From positions 1 to 64,000 of the forward strand of contig JANNQV010000015.1 in assembly GCA_031400935.1 (NCBI GenBank): DNA of 64,000 nucleotides. The letters are read 5' to 3'. A program made the translations under genes and the position numbers. This DNA comes from Armatimonadota bacterium. Its GTDB lineage: Bacteria; Armatimonadota; Fimbriimonadia; Fimbriimonadales; Fimbriimonadaceae. This document shows positions 29,088 through 38,477 of the stretch, in pieces; the stretch's first letter is position 1, and each line of letters begins with the position of its first letter. The notes beneath the pieces are model-generated. The model was not told the origin of the DNA. It worked only from the letters and a program-made list of their open reading frames with translations, and searched no databases.

Positions 29088-30148
29088 TACCGCCGAATCG
29101 AAATCACGCCGGGCTGGCCTTCGTGCCCTTTGACGGTGAGTCGTATCGGCAATAGCTGCTTGATCACCCAAACGGTAGTGATCAGCCTCATTGTCAGGCT
29201 CTGAACTGAAAAAGTCGTGTCGCCTTCTGCCAGAGCGGCGGCAACCACAATTTGGTCTGCCAAAAAAGGGTCAACTGAAGTATTCGATTCGATGAATTGA
29301 AGACATTGATCAAAAGCGGCTTGGACGATTGATTCGATTCTTACCCCTTTTTTGCCCATTGCCGAAGCACTCCCGAATCCGTTTTCGAACTCTGCCAAAA
29401 CGGTGACATGCGCTCCGATTTCCCGGCTTTTAGGCGTTACGGAAGTTGTTGAAAGTTTGAGATTCCCGTTCTTTGACAAGTTTTCAAGATGAGAAATTCC
29501 ACGCTTTGCGACCGCAGATGGAAGTTCGCTTGTTGCCACAATGGCGTTCAATTGGACTAGTTCGCCCCTGTTCGACCAATCCACTCCATTAAGTGCGCTG
29601 GGCTCTACTTCAATCTCAATTTTGCCCTTCGATCCTCGCCCGAAGCCGGCCTCAATTTGTTCTGAAAACCCATGGAGTCCAAATCTCTTTAAGGCTCCTA
29701 GAGTTACATTTTGAAAAGAATCAAAAGAGAGAATTCCGCTCCCATACGTTTCACCATTTAGACTCAGTGTCGAATACCCTCCACTGCGAGCCAAAAGAGG
29801 CAATATCGAGCCCAAAATGATGGCTGGGCATTGAGATTCGCCGTTTTTCACGTCATAGTCTTCAGCTTGAATTTTTTGAAGGGGGCGAGGGTGCCGGGTT
29901 GGCAAGAAGCTCAGTTCCGAAGAACCCATATTTAGCCCGAGAGTTTCCGCCGAACAGCTCTTCGCGACGAGCTGAATGACAGTCAAATCCTCACGATTGA
30001 GCCCAGGATATTTGGTTGCTCCTCGAATGTCGGAAATTCGGAGTGGCTGCTGAGTAAGAGCGGATAACACGATTGAAGTTCGTAAGAGTGCACCCCCGCC
30101 TTCACCATAACTTCCATCAATGAGAATTGGGGCGCTCAAGGCGGCCAT
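29087..30148 (-). CDS. RNA 3'-terminal phosphate cyclase family protein (divergent active site)
   Basis: IDGSYGEGGGALLR, PGL and VDPFLADQ; the catalytic-His region reads LTMRLITT. Confidence 0.85.
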   Translation of the reverse strand: MAALSAPILIDGSYGEGGGALLRTSIVLSALTQQPLRISDIRGATKYPGLNREDLTVIQLVAKSCSAETLGLNMGSSELSFLPTRHPRPLQKIQAEDYDVKNGESQCPAIILGSILPLLARSGGYSTLSLNGETYGSGILSFDSFQNVTLGALKRFGLHGFSEQIEAGFGRGSKGKIEIEVEPSALNGVDWSNRGELVQLNAIVATSELPSAVAKRGISHLENLSKNGNLKLSTTSVTPKSREIGAHVTVLAEFENGFGSASAMGKKGVRIESIVQAAFDQCLQFIESNTSVDPFLADQIVVAAALAEGDTTFSVQSLTMRLITTVWVIKQLLPIRLTVKGHEGQPGVISIRR

Positions 30149-31236
30149 TAGATCTTGGCCTTGAAAATTAAGTACTCAAGTAATTTGAGCATATAGGCAA
30201 AAACGATCAGCATGATGCAGGCAAGAGCGATTTCGTGGAATGGAATGCTTGATTGTTTGATCGTGCTTGCAACATCGCCGCTAGCGCCAAACGTGACCTT
30301 GCCCATCATTTGGTCAAGATTGCGAATTCCATTGTCCACGACGTACATTAAATTCGCTCGGATGAGAAGCCATGCACCGACAAATGCTGCCATCGTAACA
30401 GGAAGCGCCAATTTGTACTTTTGCTTTTGATGCTCGTTGTAGATGACGCACGACTTGCATCGTTCAAATTTTTGTGCGGATGTTAGCTTGTTGTTGATCG
30501 GAATCATTTTTGCAGCAGCGACCGCATCCTTGGGAATCACCTTGCCTTCCATCGCATTGCGAATAACCGATTCTTCGCACATGCATCCAACTTGCTCTTT
30601 CCAACATGTTCGTTTGGAATGGTAAATAGGGCACTTTTCTCGAACGAATTTGCGGCAAAAAGGAAGTTGCCAGCAATTGCCCATGAATACGTTGTTGATT
30701 TCCTTTTCTTCTTTTAAGCCCTTGCCAAACTTGAGCTGATCCGCACGGGCACCTTGGCGCATTCGTTCCTTTGCTTTAAGATAGAGGTCAACAGCCAAGC
30801 TGCAAATGGAAAACAGGCCAAAGATCAGTCCACCGGTTTGAATTGCACCAAGAGCAGCTTGCCCAGCAGGAGTGGGTTGGGCGCCACCCATTGCACCAGG
30901 CAGAAATGGAGGGCCAAAGAAGAATAATGCAGAACCAAGTATCTGGATAGCTGCAAGTATTTCTTCGCCCCAAAACATGTAGGTTGTGCCAACAAAAAGC
31001 GCAAAAACACCAGCGATCATGGTTTTGCCGAAAAGTGCAGTGTTTGCTGTCGCTTGAGCTTCGTTGAAGCCGCCTGATAAATTGATAGAAGCCTGAAATT
31101 GGAAAAAAAGTATCGCTGTGCTCAGTACAGTGCATGCGATTCCGGCCCAGAACAAAAAGCGCGCAACGACGTCCAGGAGCCCAGCAAATGCTTCTCCTAC
31201 TGTATCTGTCGGTCTATAACTTGGTTGCTTAGACAT
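30148..31236 (-). CDS. Membrane protein with a cytoplasmic Cys-rich CW...CW domain
   Basis: 4 N-terminal and 2 C-terminal TM segments; CWQLPFC...CP...CW...GCMC...CKSC..Y. Confidence 0.7.
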   Translation of the reverse strand: MSKQPSYRPTDTVGEAFAGLLDVVARFLFWAGIACTVLSTAILFFQFQASINLSGGFNEAQATANTALFGKTMIAGVFALFVGTTYMFWGEEILAAIQILGSALFFFGPPFLPGAMGGAQPTPAGQAALGAIQTGGLIFGLFSICSLAVDLYLKAKERMRQGARADQLKFGKGLKEEKEINNVFMGNCWQLPFCRKFVREKCPIYHSKRTCWKEQVGCMCEESVIRNAMEGKVIPKDAVAAAKMIPINNKLTSAQKFERCKSCVIYNEHQKQKYKLALPVTMAAFVGAWLLIRANLMYVVDNGIRNLDQMMGKVTFGASGDVASTIKQSSIPFHEIALACIMLIVFAYMLKLLEYLIFKAKI

Positions 31237-31255
31237 TTTCTAATTACGAACGTAT

Positions 31256-31825
31256 TTAACGCTTCACACGTTCAAGGTATTCGTCGGTTCGAGTGTCAAC
31301 TTTGATCCAATCGCCTTCGTTTAGGTGATATGGAACTTGAACCATGGCACCAGTTTCAAGTGTGGCTGGCTTTGTGCTTCCTCCGCTGACCGTGTTGCCC
31401 TTGAACCCAGGATCAGTCTGCGATATCTCTAATTCGACAAAATTTGGAATTTCGTACCCAAGCACTTCGCCACCCGCGACCAAAGCGATCACTTCCATTT
31501 CTTCCTTCAGATATTTTCCTTGGGAACCAAGCGAAGCAGCGGCAACCGGTTCTTGTTCGAAGGAATCCATGTCCATGAGTACAAGTTCTTCGCCTTGCTT
31601 GTACAAGAACTGCATGATTCGTTTTTCGACGTGCGCAGGTTCTACTTTTTCACCTGATCGAAATGTCTTCTCGACCACCTGGCCAGATTTCACTTTTCGG
31701 AGCCGAGTGCGGACAAAAGCCCCTCCCTTTCCGGGCTTGACATGTTGAAATTCTATGATCGTCCAAACATCGCTATCCATGTAAAAATGCAGGCCGTTTC
31801 GAAAATCGCTGGTGTCAATTGCCAT
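31256..31825 (-). CDS. efp: Translation elongation factor P
   Basis: HVKPGKGGAFVR, PGFKGNT, KPATLETG and VDTR. Confidence 0.97.
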   Translation of the reverse strand: MAIDTSDFRNGLHFYMDSDVWTIIEFQHVKPGKGGAFVRTRLRKVKSGQVVEKTFRSGEKVEPAHVEKRIMQFLYKQGEELVLMDMDSFEQEPVAAASLGSQGKYLKEEMEVIALVAGGEVLGYEIPNFVELEISQTDPGFKGNTVSGGSTKPATLETGAMVQVPYHLNEGDWIKVDTRTDEYLERVKR

Positions 31826-31979
31826 AAGTACTATCTCGCTTCGAAATGGATGTTACCCGGCGAGGCGGAAATTGGCAATTTTTAACTAGAAATGAAGTAC
31901 CTGGAACGTTTGCCTGGCTTCAGTCGTTATCAAGAACTAGGTTGACGGAACAAGAGCCGCTCGACCAGGAGGCAACTCA

Positions 31980-32258
31980 ATGAAAAAATATATGACATTT
32001 CTCGTACTAGCTGTTTTCGCTTCGGCGATTCTCGTCGGCTGTGGCCAAACTGAAGGCGATCCTACAGTTTCGACACCAGCGACGACCGATTCTTCGGCAG
32101 GCACAATGGGAACTAAGCCAGGACTTGTCGGCGAAGCAGGCGAACCAACTGCAGCACCGACTACCCCAGCAACCAGTGATTCCGCTCCAGCTACCAGTGA
32201 CTCGGCTGCTACTAGCGATTCAGCTGCTCCTAGCACAACAACTCCCGGCGGCAACTAG
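31980..32258 (+). CDS. Small low-complexity lipoprotein
   Basis: GGAGG SD; lipobox LVGC; ATSDSA repeats. Confidence 0.75.
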   Translation: MKKYMTFLVLAVFASAILVGCGQTEGDPTVSTPATTDSSAGTMGTKPGLVGEAGEPTAAPTTPATSDSAPATSDSAATSDSAAPSTTTPGGN

Positions 32259-32274
32259 TTTGCCGTAATTTGAG

Positions 32275-32313
32275 ATCGCCGCCCTAAATTGAATTTGGGG
32301 CGGTGATTTTTTT
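32275..32313 (+). terminator. Rho-independent terminator
   Basis: ATCGCCGCCCTAAATT-g-AATTTGGGGCGGTGAT followed by a T-tract. Confidence 0.75.
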
Positions 32314-32364
32314 GTGGTTCCTTCCCCGTTTTCATTCAACGATAACCGATCTAATCCATATGGC

Positions 32365-34791
32365 CTAAAGCAACGAATATGCATCCACATCAATCACAAC
32401 ATTCACGCCCTTTGCCCGATCAACTTTCAAAAGTTCGGCGACCCGAGCTACAATAAAATTCGGAGGCAATTTGAGAAGAACATGCCAGCGCCATTGCTTG
32501 TTGATGCGGTCAATCGCGCAGTCCACCGGCCCCAGAATGTGAACGCCTTCTGATTCAAGCGGCCTCAGAAAATCGGCAGTTTGGTTTGCCGCTTCTTGAA
32601 CCTCGCGCAAATTCATTCCCAGATGCAAAATGTTCACGAGCCGACAAAACGGAGGATAATTGGTGTCGCGCCGCTCCTGCAAAAGCGATTCGTACATCAC
32701 ATAAAATTTGTGCTCGGCCGCGGATTGGATCGCTACATTGTCAGGGTTAAATGTTTGCAAAACGACCTCGCCAAGCCGACTTCCTCTGCCCGCCCTTCCA
32801 GCAACTTGATTGAGTAGTTGAAACGTGCGTTCAGCCGCCCGGAAGTCGGGCATGTTTAGGCTGAGGTCTGCGGCAAGAATCCCCACCAAGGTTACACCCG
32901 GAAAATTGAGCCCTTTGGCAACCATTTGCGTGCCAACCAAAATGTCCGTTTCTCCCGCACCAAACGAACCTAAAACGGCTTCCAATGCGCCTCGCTTTTG
33001 GGTCACGTCTCTGTCTAATCGAGCTACGCGAGCTGTTGGAAAGTGCTCTCGTACCGCTTCTTCGACCTTTTCAGTGCCAACTCCAAAAGTCCTCACTCGC
33101 GATCCTAGGCATTTCGGGCATTGCTCTGGAGGAATCTCAGAATGCCCGCAATGATGGCATCGCAACCTGCGAATCTTTTGGCTGAATGATAGCGAAACGG
33201 AGCAGTTTGGGCAAAGAAATCTTTCTCCGCAATCTCGACAGATCAAGAATGGAGCATACGATCTTCGGTTCAAAAACAAGATGATTTGCTCTTTGCGCTC
33301 CAGAACTTCGCTCATTTTTTGAACTAATAAATCGGTGAAAAGCACAGGAGCCCCATTTCGAAATCCCTCGCCTAGATCAACAATTGTTGTGACTGGCAAT
33401 TGCGCTGAAGCAGCCCGGCGAGGCAGCGAAAGCTGCACGAGCTTCTCTTGTTCGGCCTCGAAATTGCTTTCAATGCTTGGCGTCGCCGAACCGAATACCA
33501 CCGGGCATTTGTGCCGATCTGCCAAAAACTGTGCAAGCCGCTTTGCATGATATCGAGGAGCGGATTCCTGCTTGTAGCTGCCCTCATGCTCTTCGTCCAC
33601 GATTATGAAACCGATATTGCCAAGCGGTGCAAAAAGTGCGCTCCTTGCGCCCAGAACAACAACGGATTTGCCCTGCTTAACCGACATCCAGTTTTCTAGT
33701 CTCTCGCGTGGAGGGAGTTCGCTGTGAAGAATGGCGACCGACCTTCCAAACCGCTCTCGCAGCAAGTGAACGGCTTGGGACGCAAGTGCGATTTCTGGAA
33801 CCAAATATAGAACTTGCCGCCCCATCTTTATGGCCTCGGCGGCGGCTCGCATATAGACTTCGGTCTTGCCGCTCCCCGTAACGCCAAATAGCAAGAATTT
33901 TGTTGGTTGTCTTTGTTCAATGGCTTCGATCAAGGCATCCACAGCAATTTTTTGATCGGAGTTCAGTTGCGGAGCGGATTGCCCTTTCATGGATTCGGAG
34001 GTTTCAAGTTCTAACAGCCCTGCTTCGATCAGCGATTTGATGGTGGCATCCGTGACTCCGCAAAGTCCCTTGATGTCGGAAGTTGTCAAGCGGGCAGATT
34101 CGATCTCTCGCAATCTCACAAGGGTCAGGGCTTGTGCGGGTTTCTTTTTTGCTTGGGTTGAAAGGAACTTGTCAATGGCGGTTCCGTCATGAGTCAAGCG
34201 GTAGAAGGCGGTCGGTTTTACTGCGCTTGCATCTGCGATTTCGACACTCTTTTCAAGAATCCCTTTGGCTTGCAAAAGTTTCAGCGCCTTTACCATTGCC
34301 GATTCCAATTTGCGCGAAGGGGCAACGACAAATGTCCCGCCCTTCGCCTTCACCATGCTGACGATTTCTTGCTGAATCGGGCTTAATTCGGCTATTGTGT
34401 GGTCTTTTTCAGTCAGCTTCCAAGTAGTTTGCATTCTGTCCAAAACGCCCGGCGGCAGGGCTGGCGAAAGCGCAACCGAAAGCGGGCAAAGGTACTCGTC
34501 TGCGGTGTATCGAACGAGGTCAACAATTTCTTCGGGGATCGAGACTTCGGGAAGAACAGATTGGACTGCCCTCAGTTTTTCGATGCTGTAACCGAGGTCG
34601 GTGCCATCTGTCTTCCGGCATGAAATGACGTAGCCAAGGGCGGTCCGGTTTCCGAGCGGGGCGAGTACAGCAGTGCCAGGTACGGCTTCATTTTCAAGCT
34701 GGTAGGTGTAGGTGGAATCAAGCCCAGCAGTTCGCGAGTCGAACACGACGTCGGCCACCCAAAACTTTATGGCAATCTCTGTCGCGCTCAC
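32365..34791 (-). CDS. priA: Primosomal protein N' (replication restart helicase)
   Basis: GVTGSGKTEVY, DEEH, four CxxC pairs and QVAGRAGR; likely start GTG at 34791 (6 nt after TATACT). Confidence 0.95.
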   Translation of the reverse strand: MSATEIAIKFWVADVVFDSRTAGLDSTYTYQLENEAVPGTAVLAPLGNRTALGYVISCRKTDGTDLGYSIEKLRAVQSVLPEVSIPEEIVDLVRYTADEYLCPLSVALSPALPPGVLDRMQTTWKLTEKDHTIAELSPIQQEIVSMVKAKGGTFVVAPSRKLESAMVKALKLLQAKGILEKSVEIADASAVKPTAFYRLTHDGTAIDKFLSTQAKKKPAQALTLVRLREIESARLTTSDIKGLCGVTDATIKSLIEAGLLELETSESMKGQSAPQLNSDQKIAVDALIEAIEQRQPTKFLLFGVTGSGKTEVYMRAAAEAIKMGRQVLYLVPEIALASQAVHLLRERFGRSVAILHSELPPRERLENWMSVKQGKSVVVLGARSALFAPLGNIGFIIVDEEHEGSYKQESAPRYHAKRLAQFLADRHKCPVVFGSATPSIESNFEAEQEKLVQLSLPRRAASAQLPVTTIVDLGEGFRNGAPVLFTDLLVQKMSEVLERKEQIILFLNRRSYAPFLICRDCGERFLCPNCSVSLSFSQKIRRLRCHHCGHSEIPPEQCPKCLGSRVRTFGVGTEKVEEAVREHFPTARVARLDRDVTQKRGALEAVLGSFGAGETDILVGTQMVAKGLNFPGVTLVGILAADLSLNMPDFRAAERTFQLLNQVAGRAGRGSRLGEVVLQTFNPDNVAIQSAAEHKFYVMYESLLQERRDTNYPPFCRLVNILHLGMNLREVQEAANQTADFLRPLESEGVHILGPVDCAIDRINKQWRWHVLLKLPPNFIVARVAELLKVDRAKGVNVVIDVDAYSLL

Positions 34792-34807
34792 AGGAAGAGT
34801 ATACGAT

Positions 34808-34861
34808 TGTAGGACAGGATTCATCCTGTTAGCATATTGTAGGATAGGACTCGTCCTGTCT
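34808..34861. repeat. Tandem pair of GTAG-type REP elements
   Basis: TGTAGGACAGGATTCATCCTGTT and TGTAGGATAGGACTCGTCCTGTC, 30 nt apart. Confidence 0.65.
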
Positions 34862-34962
34862 GCATTTCGCAGTGAAGGACTCATCGTGTTGCTTGATTGT
34901 GGTGAAAGGAATGAGATTTGAAATCGGGCATTTCTTTGCAACCCCTTGTGAGAGTGTTTAGA

Positions 34963-35070
34963 CATGATCCTGACAGGATCAAAGCCTAATAGCCCGGTGT
35001 CGAACCTGAGAGACTACGGGTTCAGACCGTCCCCAAACCTGCACCCCGGAGGTGGTGCCAGAATCCAAAA
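34963..35070 (-). repeat. About 105-bp multi-hairpin dispersed repeat, copy 1
   Basis: Reverse complement aligns with 58294-58400 (TTCTGGCACC...GGGTGC...ACCCG.AGTC.CTCA.GTTCGAC.CCGGGCTATT). Confidence 0.75.
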
Positions 35071-35231
35071 ATCCAATTTTCCAAAAGCCTCTTATCTGAT
35101 TTTTAGAGGAAATTGGACTTTTCGAGCTATTTGTTTGAAAGCTTAGGCTTTCAGACACTACCTAACTTAGGTTCAAAATGACGTGAATTGACATGAAACT
35201 GGACTTTTTTTGAAAAAGGTCTTGAAAGTAC

Positions 35232-35260
35232 TTGTATTTCTTGCAGTCATCGCATACAAT
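35232..35260 (+). promoter_or_regulatory. Sigma70-type promoter
   Basis: TTGTAT-17 nt-TACAAT, followed by GGAG and ATG at 35287. Confidence 0.6.
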
Positions 35261-35380
35261 GAATTTATTGGAGTGAAGACAACAATATGAGTACCACGCC
35301 ACGCCACGCCACTAGGTGATTGTGCTGCAAAGAGTAAGAGAATAATTTCTGCTTTCAAACTCGTTTCGCCATTATTCTTC

Positions 35381-36655
35381 TTGGTCGTTTGCGCCTTGCC
35401 GTGTCACGCCCAAGACCCGCCTCCTCCTTTTACCGAGTATAAGACCATCGCCGGCCCTGGGTACAACGCGACCCTAAAAATCGTTGTGATTCCTTCCGCT
35501 CATGCCAAAGCAAAAGATGGCAACTTGCTTGTAACTGGGACAAATATCAACATAATTGTGACTTCGTCGTTTGTCAATTCGGTACCTATCCCACTCGTGC
35601 CAGAATTCAACTGGGTTGAACTTAAGATCGGTGACGAAATTGTCAAGACATGGGATGACGTGCAAACGAGCCCTGTTTCTCATGAAGTTCGTTTCGCTTC
35701 GACCCATTTTGCCGATGGAACGACAAAGAACATTACACTAAGGGGCGAGTTTCACGGCTGGAAGAACACCAATCCTCTTGAAGAGTTTACCGAGATATTT
35801 ACCGCCACATTGCCAGCAACAATCTACAACAAAGTGCTCGCTCTCACCACGGTGGAGCAGTTCATTCCTGAATCGGCTGACTCCGAACCTCCGATTCCTG
35901 CGCACTATTCCAAACCGGGTGACGCCGATTATCCAAATCCGCCACACGTGGCAAATGCAGCGAAACGAATTGTAGACGACGCGATCATAAAACTGACGGG
36001 AACCGCGATGAATCATTCACTAGTGCCTGGCAATGGTGATGGAACCAATTGGCGAGAATTTACTGGCACTGCCATTCTTTCTGAAAAAATGTGCCTTGCA
36101 ACGCTATTCTTCACTTGCACCCACGGTGAGGTTTCACTTTGGAGGGCGTCGCACACGGACGAGCTTACTTACTCTCCATTTCTTAGCAACGATGTCAAAA
36201 CTTATGTGACTAGCAAGCCGGACTTGTCGCTTAGAGATGTGCCTGACTACACGCTCGCAATCTTCTATTCCTGTGAAACGCTGGTGAACTCGAACAACAA
36301 CCCTAGGGCTTTTCAGCTCAGTCCAGATGTACTGTATCCGAACAAAGCATACGTTGGATCGGGAGCTCATTTACACTATCAATTGTGGACGCCAGTACCA
36401 GAGGAGCTTGACGAGCATTCAAAGCGACTCACAAGCTTCCTGGCGGCTGGCGATCCTCTTGAAATCGCTCTGTATAAGACACAATCACCATTAGTCAAAG
36501 GATTTAAGAAGGCAAAGACTACAGCTGGTGGGCCAGTAGACTTGACAGTCAGGGGCGATCCCTATGCACGAATTGTAAACGTATATCTGAGCCAAAGTGA
36601 ATTTGCTGCGGCTCCTGCAGAGGTGCGAAACTCATGGTTCTGGGTCAAATATTAG
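35381..36655 (+). CDS. Secreted hypothetical protein; 5' end possibly frameshifted at a CCACG repeat
   Basis: Frame open from 35291; a complete signal peptide is encoded upstream of TTG 35381. Confidence 0.65.
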   Translation: MVVCALPCHAQDPPPPFTEYKTIAGPGYNATLKIVVIPSAHAKAKDGNLLVTGTNINIIVTSSFVNSVPIPLVPEFNWVELKIGDEIVKTWDDVQTSPVSHEVRFASTHFADGTTKNITLRGEFHGWKNTNPLEEFTEIFTATLPATIYNKVLALTTVEQFIPESADSEPPIPAHYSKPGDADYPNPPHVANAAKRIVDDAIIKLTGTAMNHSLVPGNGDGTNWREFTGTAILSEKMCLATLFFTCTHGEVSLWRASHTDELTYSPFLSNDVKTYVTSKPDLSLRDVPDYTLAIFYSCETLVNSNNNPRAFQLSPDVLYPNKAYVGSGAHLHYQLWTPVPEELDEHSKRLTSFLAAGDPLEIALYKTQSPLVKGFKKAKTTAGGPVDLTVRGDPYARIVNVYLSQSEFAAAPAEVRNSWFWVKY

Positions 36656-37872
36656 TCATTACTCTTGCCTTGACAGGGGTGAAGGGAAGTCCCCAACTTT
36701 TGTCGGAGCAACAAGCACTAGAGCGCGCAAGACAATATTGCCGTATGGTTGAATTCGGTCCTTTTGAACCAGCTGGCAATCTGCAACACCGATTAGATGT
36801 GGATGAGGTTATGCGGTCTCCAATTCCGAACGATCCAAACGCGATCGTGTTCCAGTTTAGGACTGCCCTTGTAGGTGTCAACCTCCAATCTGGCCGAATT
36901 GTTGGATACGCAGATTTTCGAACTGTTCCCTGGGCTTCTGTCGAATCGGTTCCCCTTCTTTCCCAAGCTCAATTACTCGAATTCACATTAAGATACCACG
37001 AGCTAGCGGGGCAGACCGATCCGCTAGAAGTACTCGCTATTGGACGCCAAGTCTCGGAACAGTCAGACGAAAGGGACAACCCGTTCAAAGTGCACTTGTT
37101 GCGCAAGGTGCTTGGATTACCTTACACCGACGAGCTTGGGATATTTATGACGATTGAAGAGCGAAGCGGGAGGCTCAAAGCATATGAGATTTTCGAACCA
37201 AGCCTTCCTGTGCCTCCATCAACGATAGTGCCGCAGACGAACGCACAAAATGCTAGGGCACAGATGGCCGCTTCGCTCTTTTCGAGGTATCCACGCCTTA
37301 CTGAGCTTTGCGTTACGATGCCTGCGCGACTCGCCATTTGGAAGCCCAACTTGCAGGGTTTGAGTGGTGGCGCGTTTGCCTTCCATGATATCGCACCAGC
37401 TCAAATGCAGCTATTCCAGGCGAACAGAGGTGTACTCACCTATTGGGGGAGATTCTGTAACAATTCCGATCCGCAAAGGGCTACCGCAGGGTTCCAGATT
37501 TACGTTGATGGCATGACTGGTCGCGTTCTGGCCTCGCAAGATACCTTTAGTACTGGCCGACTTGGTGGCGACCCCAGAAGTGGTTCCAAAGGGCGCGAAC
37601 CGTTCGGATGGGACGTTTCTCAGTCAAGCATCGAAGTCAGTTCGGGTTCCAAGCGAACATTAGTCGAAAAAGCTCAAATTGATTTGGCAAAAACGCCATT
37701 CAAAGCAGAAAAGGGAAAGGAAGTAATTGTTCATTTTGGAAAAGTGTATCTCCGTTGTCAGTTCTTTGTGAAATCCGGGCTCCTAGCAACAGAGCGAGAT
37801 GGCATCCGGTCGTTTGGTAAGCCAAATATGGCATTGTTGAAGTCATTGAAAGGCCTAGTAAAAAAGAATTAG
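36634..37872 (+). CDS. Secreted hypothetical protein (PepSY/YcdB-like elements possible)
   Basis: Signal peptide; LSEQQALERA, VNLQSGRIV and VDGMTGRVL motifs; overlaps the upstream gene. Confidence 0.6.
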   Translation: MVLGQILVITLALTGVKGSPQLLSEQQALERARQYCRMVEFGPFEPAGNLQHRLDVDEVMRSPIPNDPNAIVFQFRTALVGVNLQSGRIVGYADFRTVPWASVESVPLLSQAQLLEFTLRYHELAGQTDPLEVLAIGRQVSEQSDERDNPFKVHLLRKVLGLPYTDELGIFMTIEERSGRLKAYEIFEPSLPVPPSTIVPQTNAQNARAQMAASLFSRYPRLTELCVTMPARLAIWKPNLQGLSGGAFAFHDIAPAQMQLFQANRGVLTYWGRFCNNSDPQRATAGFQIYVDGMTGRVLASQDTFSTGRLGGDPRSGSKGREPFGWDVSQSSIEVSSGSKRTLVEKAQIDLAKTPFKAEKGKEVIVHFGKVYLRCQFFVKSGLLATERDGIRSFGKPNMALLKSLKGLVKKN

Positions 37873-37908
37873 AGTTTTGTGATCTCGTGGCTATTGCCGT
37901 TAACGGAT

Positions 37909-38439
37909 CTACGGCTTAATCACAACACTTGCAAACGTCTTCTCAGCCACCGCCTGATTCTGCGGGGTTGCCTCATACGTTGCCACGCACTGCCACATTC
38001 GCTTGCCTTTGGCCGCCATCAGTGCCGAGTAAACAACTTTGGTTCCATCTGAATCGTAAACCGCATGAATCTTCAGCCCAATTAGGCCCGAAATCGTCAT
38101 CCCTTTTCGATTCCGAGAGATCAGCTTTAGTCCCTTTGATGCTTCGAGGCCCCTGATCGCTCCCTCTTCGGCATTTGATAAATTCACGTCCCCTGCTTTG
38201 TTTTCAGAATAGCCGTACAGAATTGCAATTGAACCCGAATCCCATTTAAGCCAACGATTCACTTTCAGATTCTCTCCGCCTTCGCGAACGCTAAACGGAA
38301 TTGCAACCGGTTTTGTTTGGCAAATGGCCGACATGAACAGAGGTTTCATTTCCCAGCGCTTCCAAGTGGAGGCTGATATTGCTTTCGTTTGTGGAAATCC
38401 GATTGCTAAAACGGCCAAGGCAATGGTGGAGATCATCAT
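37909..38439 (-). CDS. Secreted hypothetical protein (PsbP/DcrB-like)
   Basis: Signal peptide; C-terminal AEKTFASV pattern. Confidence 0.55.
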   Translation of the reverse strand: MMISTIALAVLAIGFPQTKAISASTWKRWEMKPLFMSAICQTKPVAIPFSVREGGENLKVNRWLKWDSGSIAILYGYSENKAGDVNLSNAEEGAIRGLEASKGLKLISRNRKGMTISGLIGLKIHAVYDSDGTKVVYSALMAAKGKRMWQCVATYEATPQNQAVAEKTFASVVIKP

Positions 38440-38477
38440 TGGAATTTTAGACGTTTCTGTTTTGGGAGTGCGCGGGC

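Noticed and set aside
34792..34965. N-terminal extension of PriA in the ORF track
   Set aside because: It runs through REP palindromes; a GTG 6 nt after TATACT at 34791 is a more plausible start.
35100..37900. Prophage or integrative element around the two orphan genes
   Set aside because: No integrase, transposase, att repeats or phage genes are recognisable.
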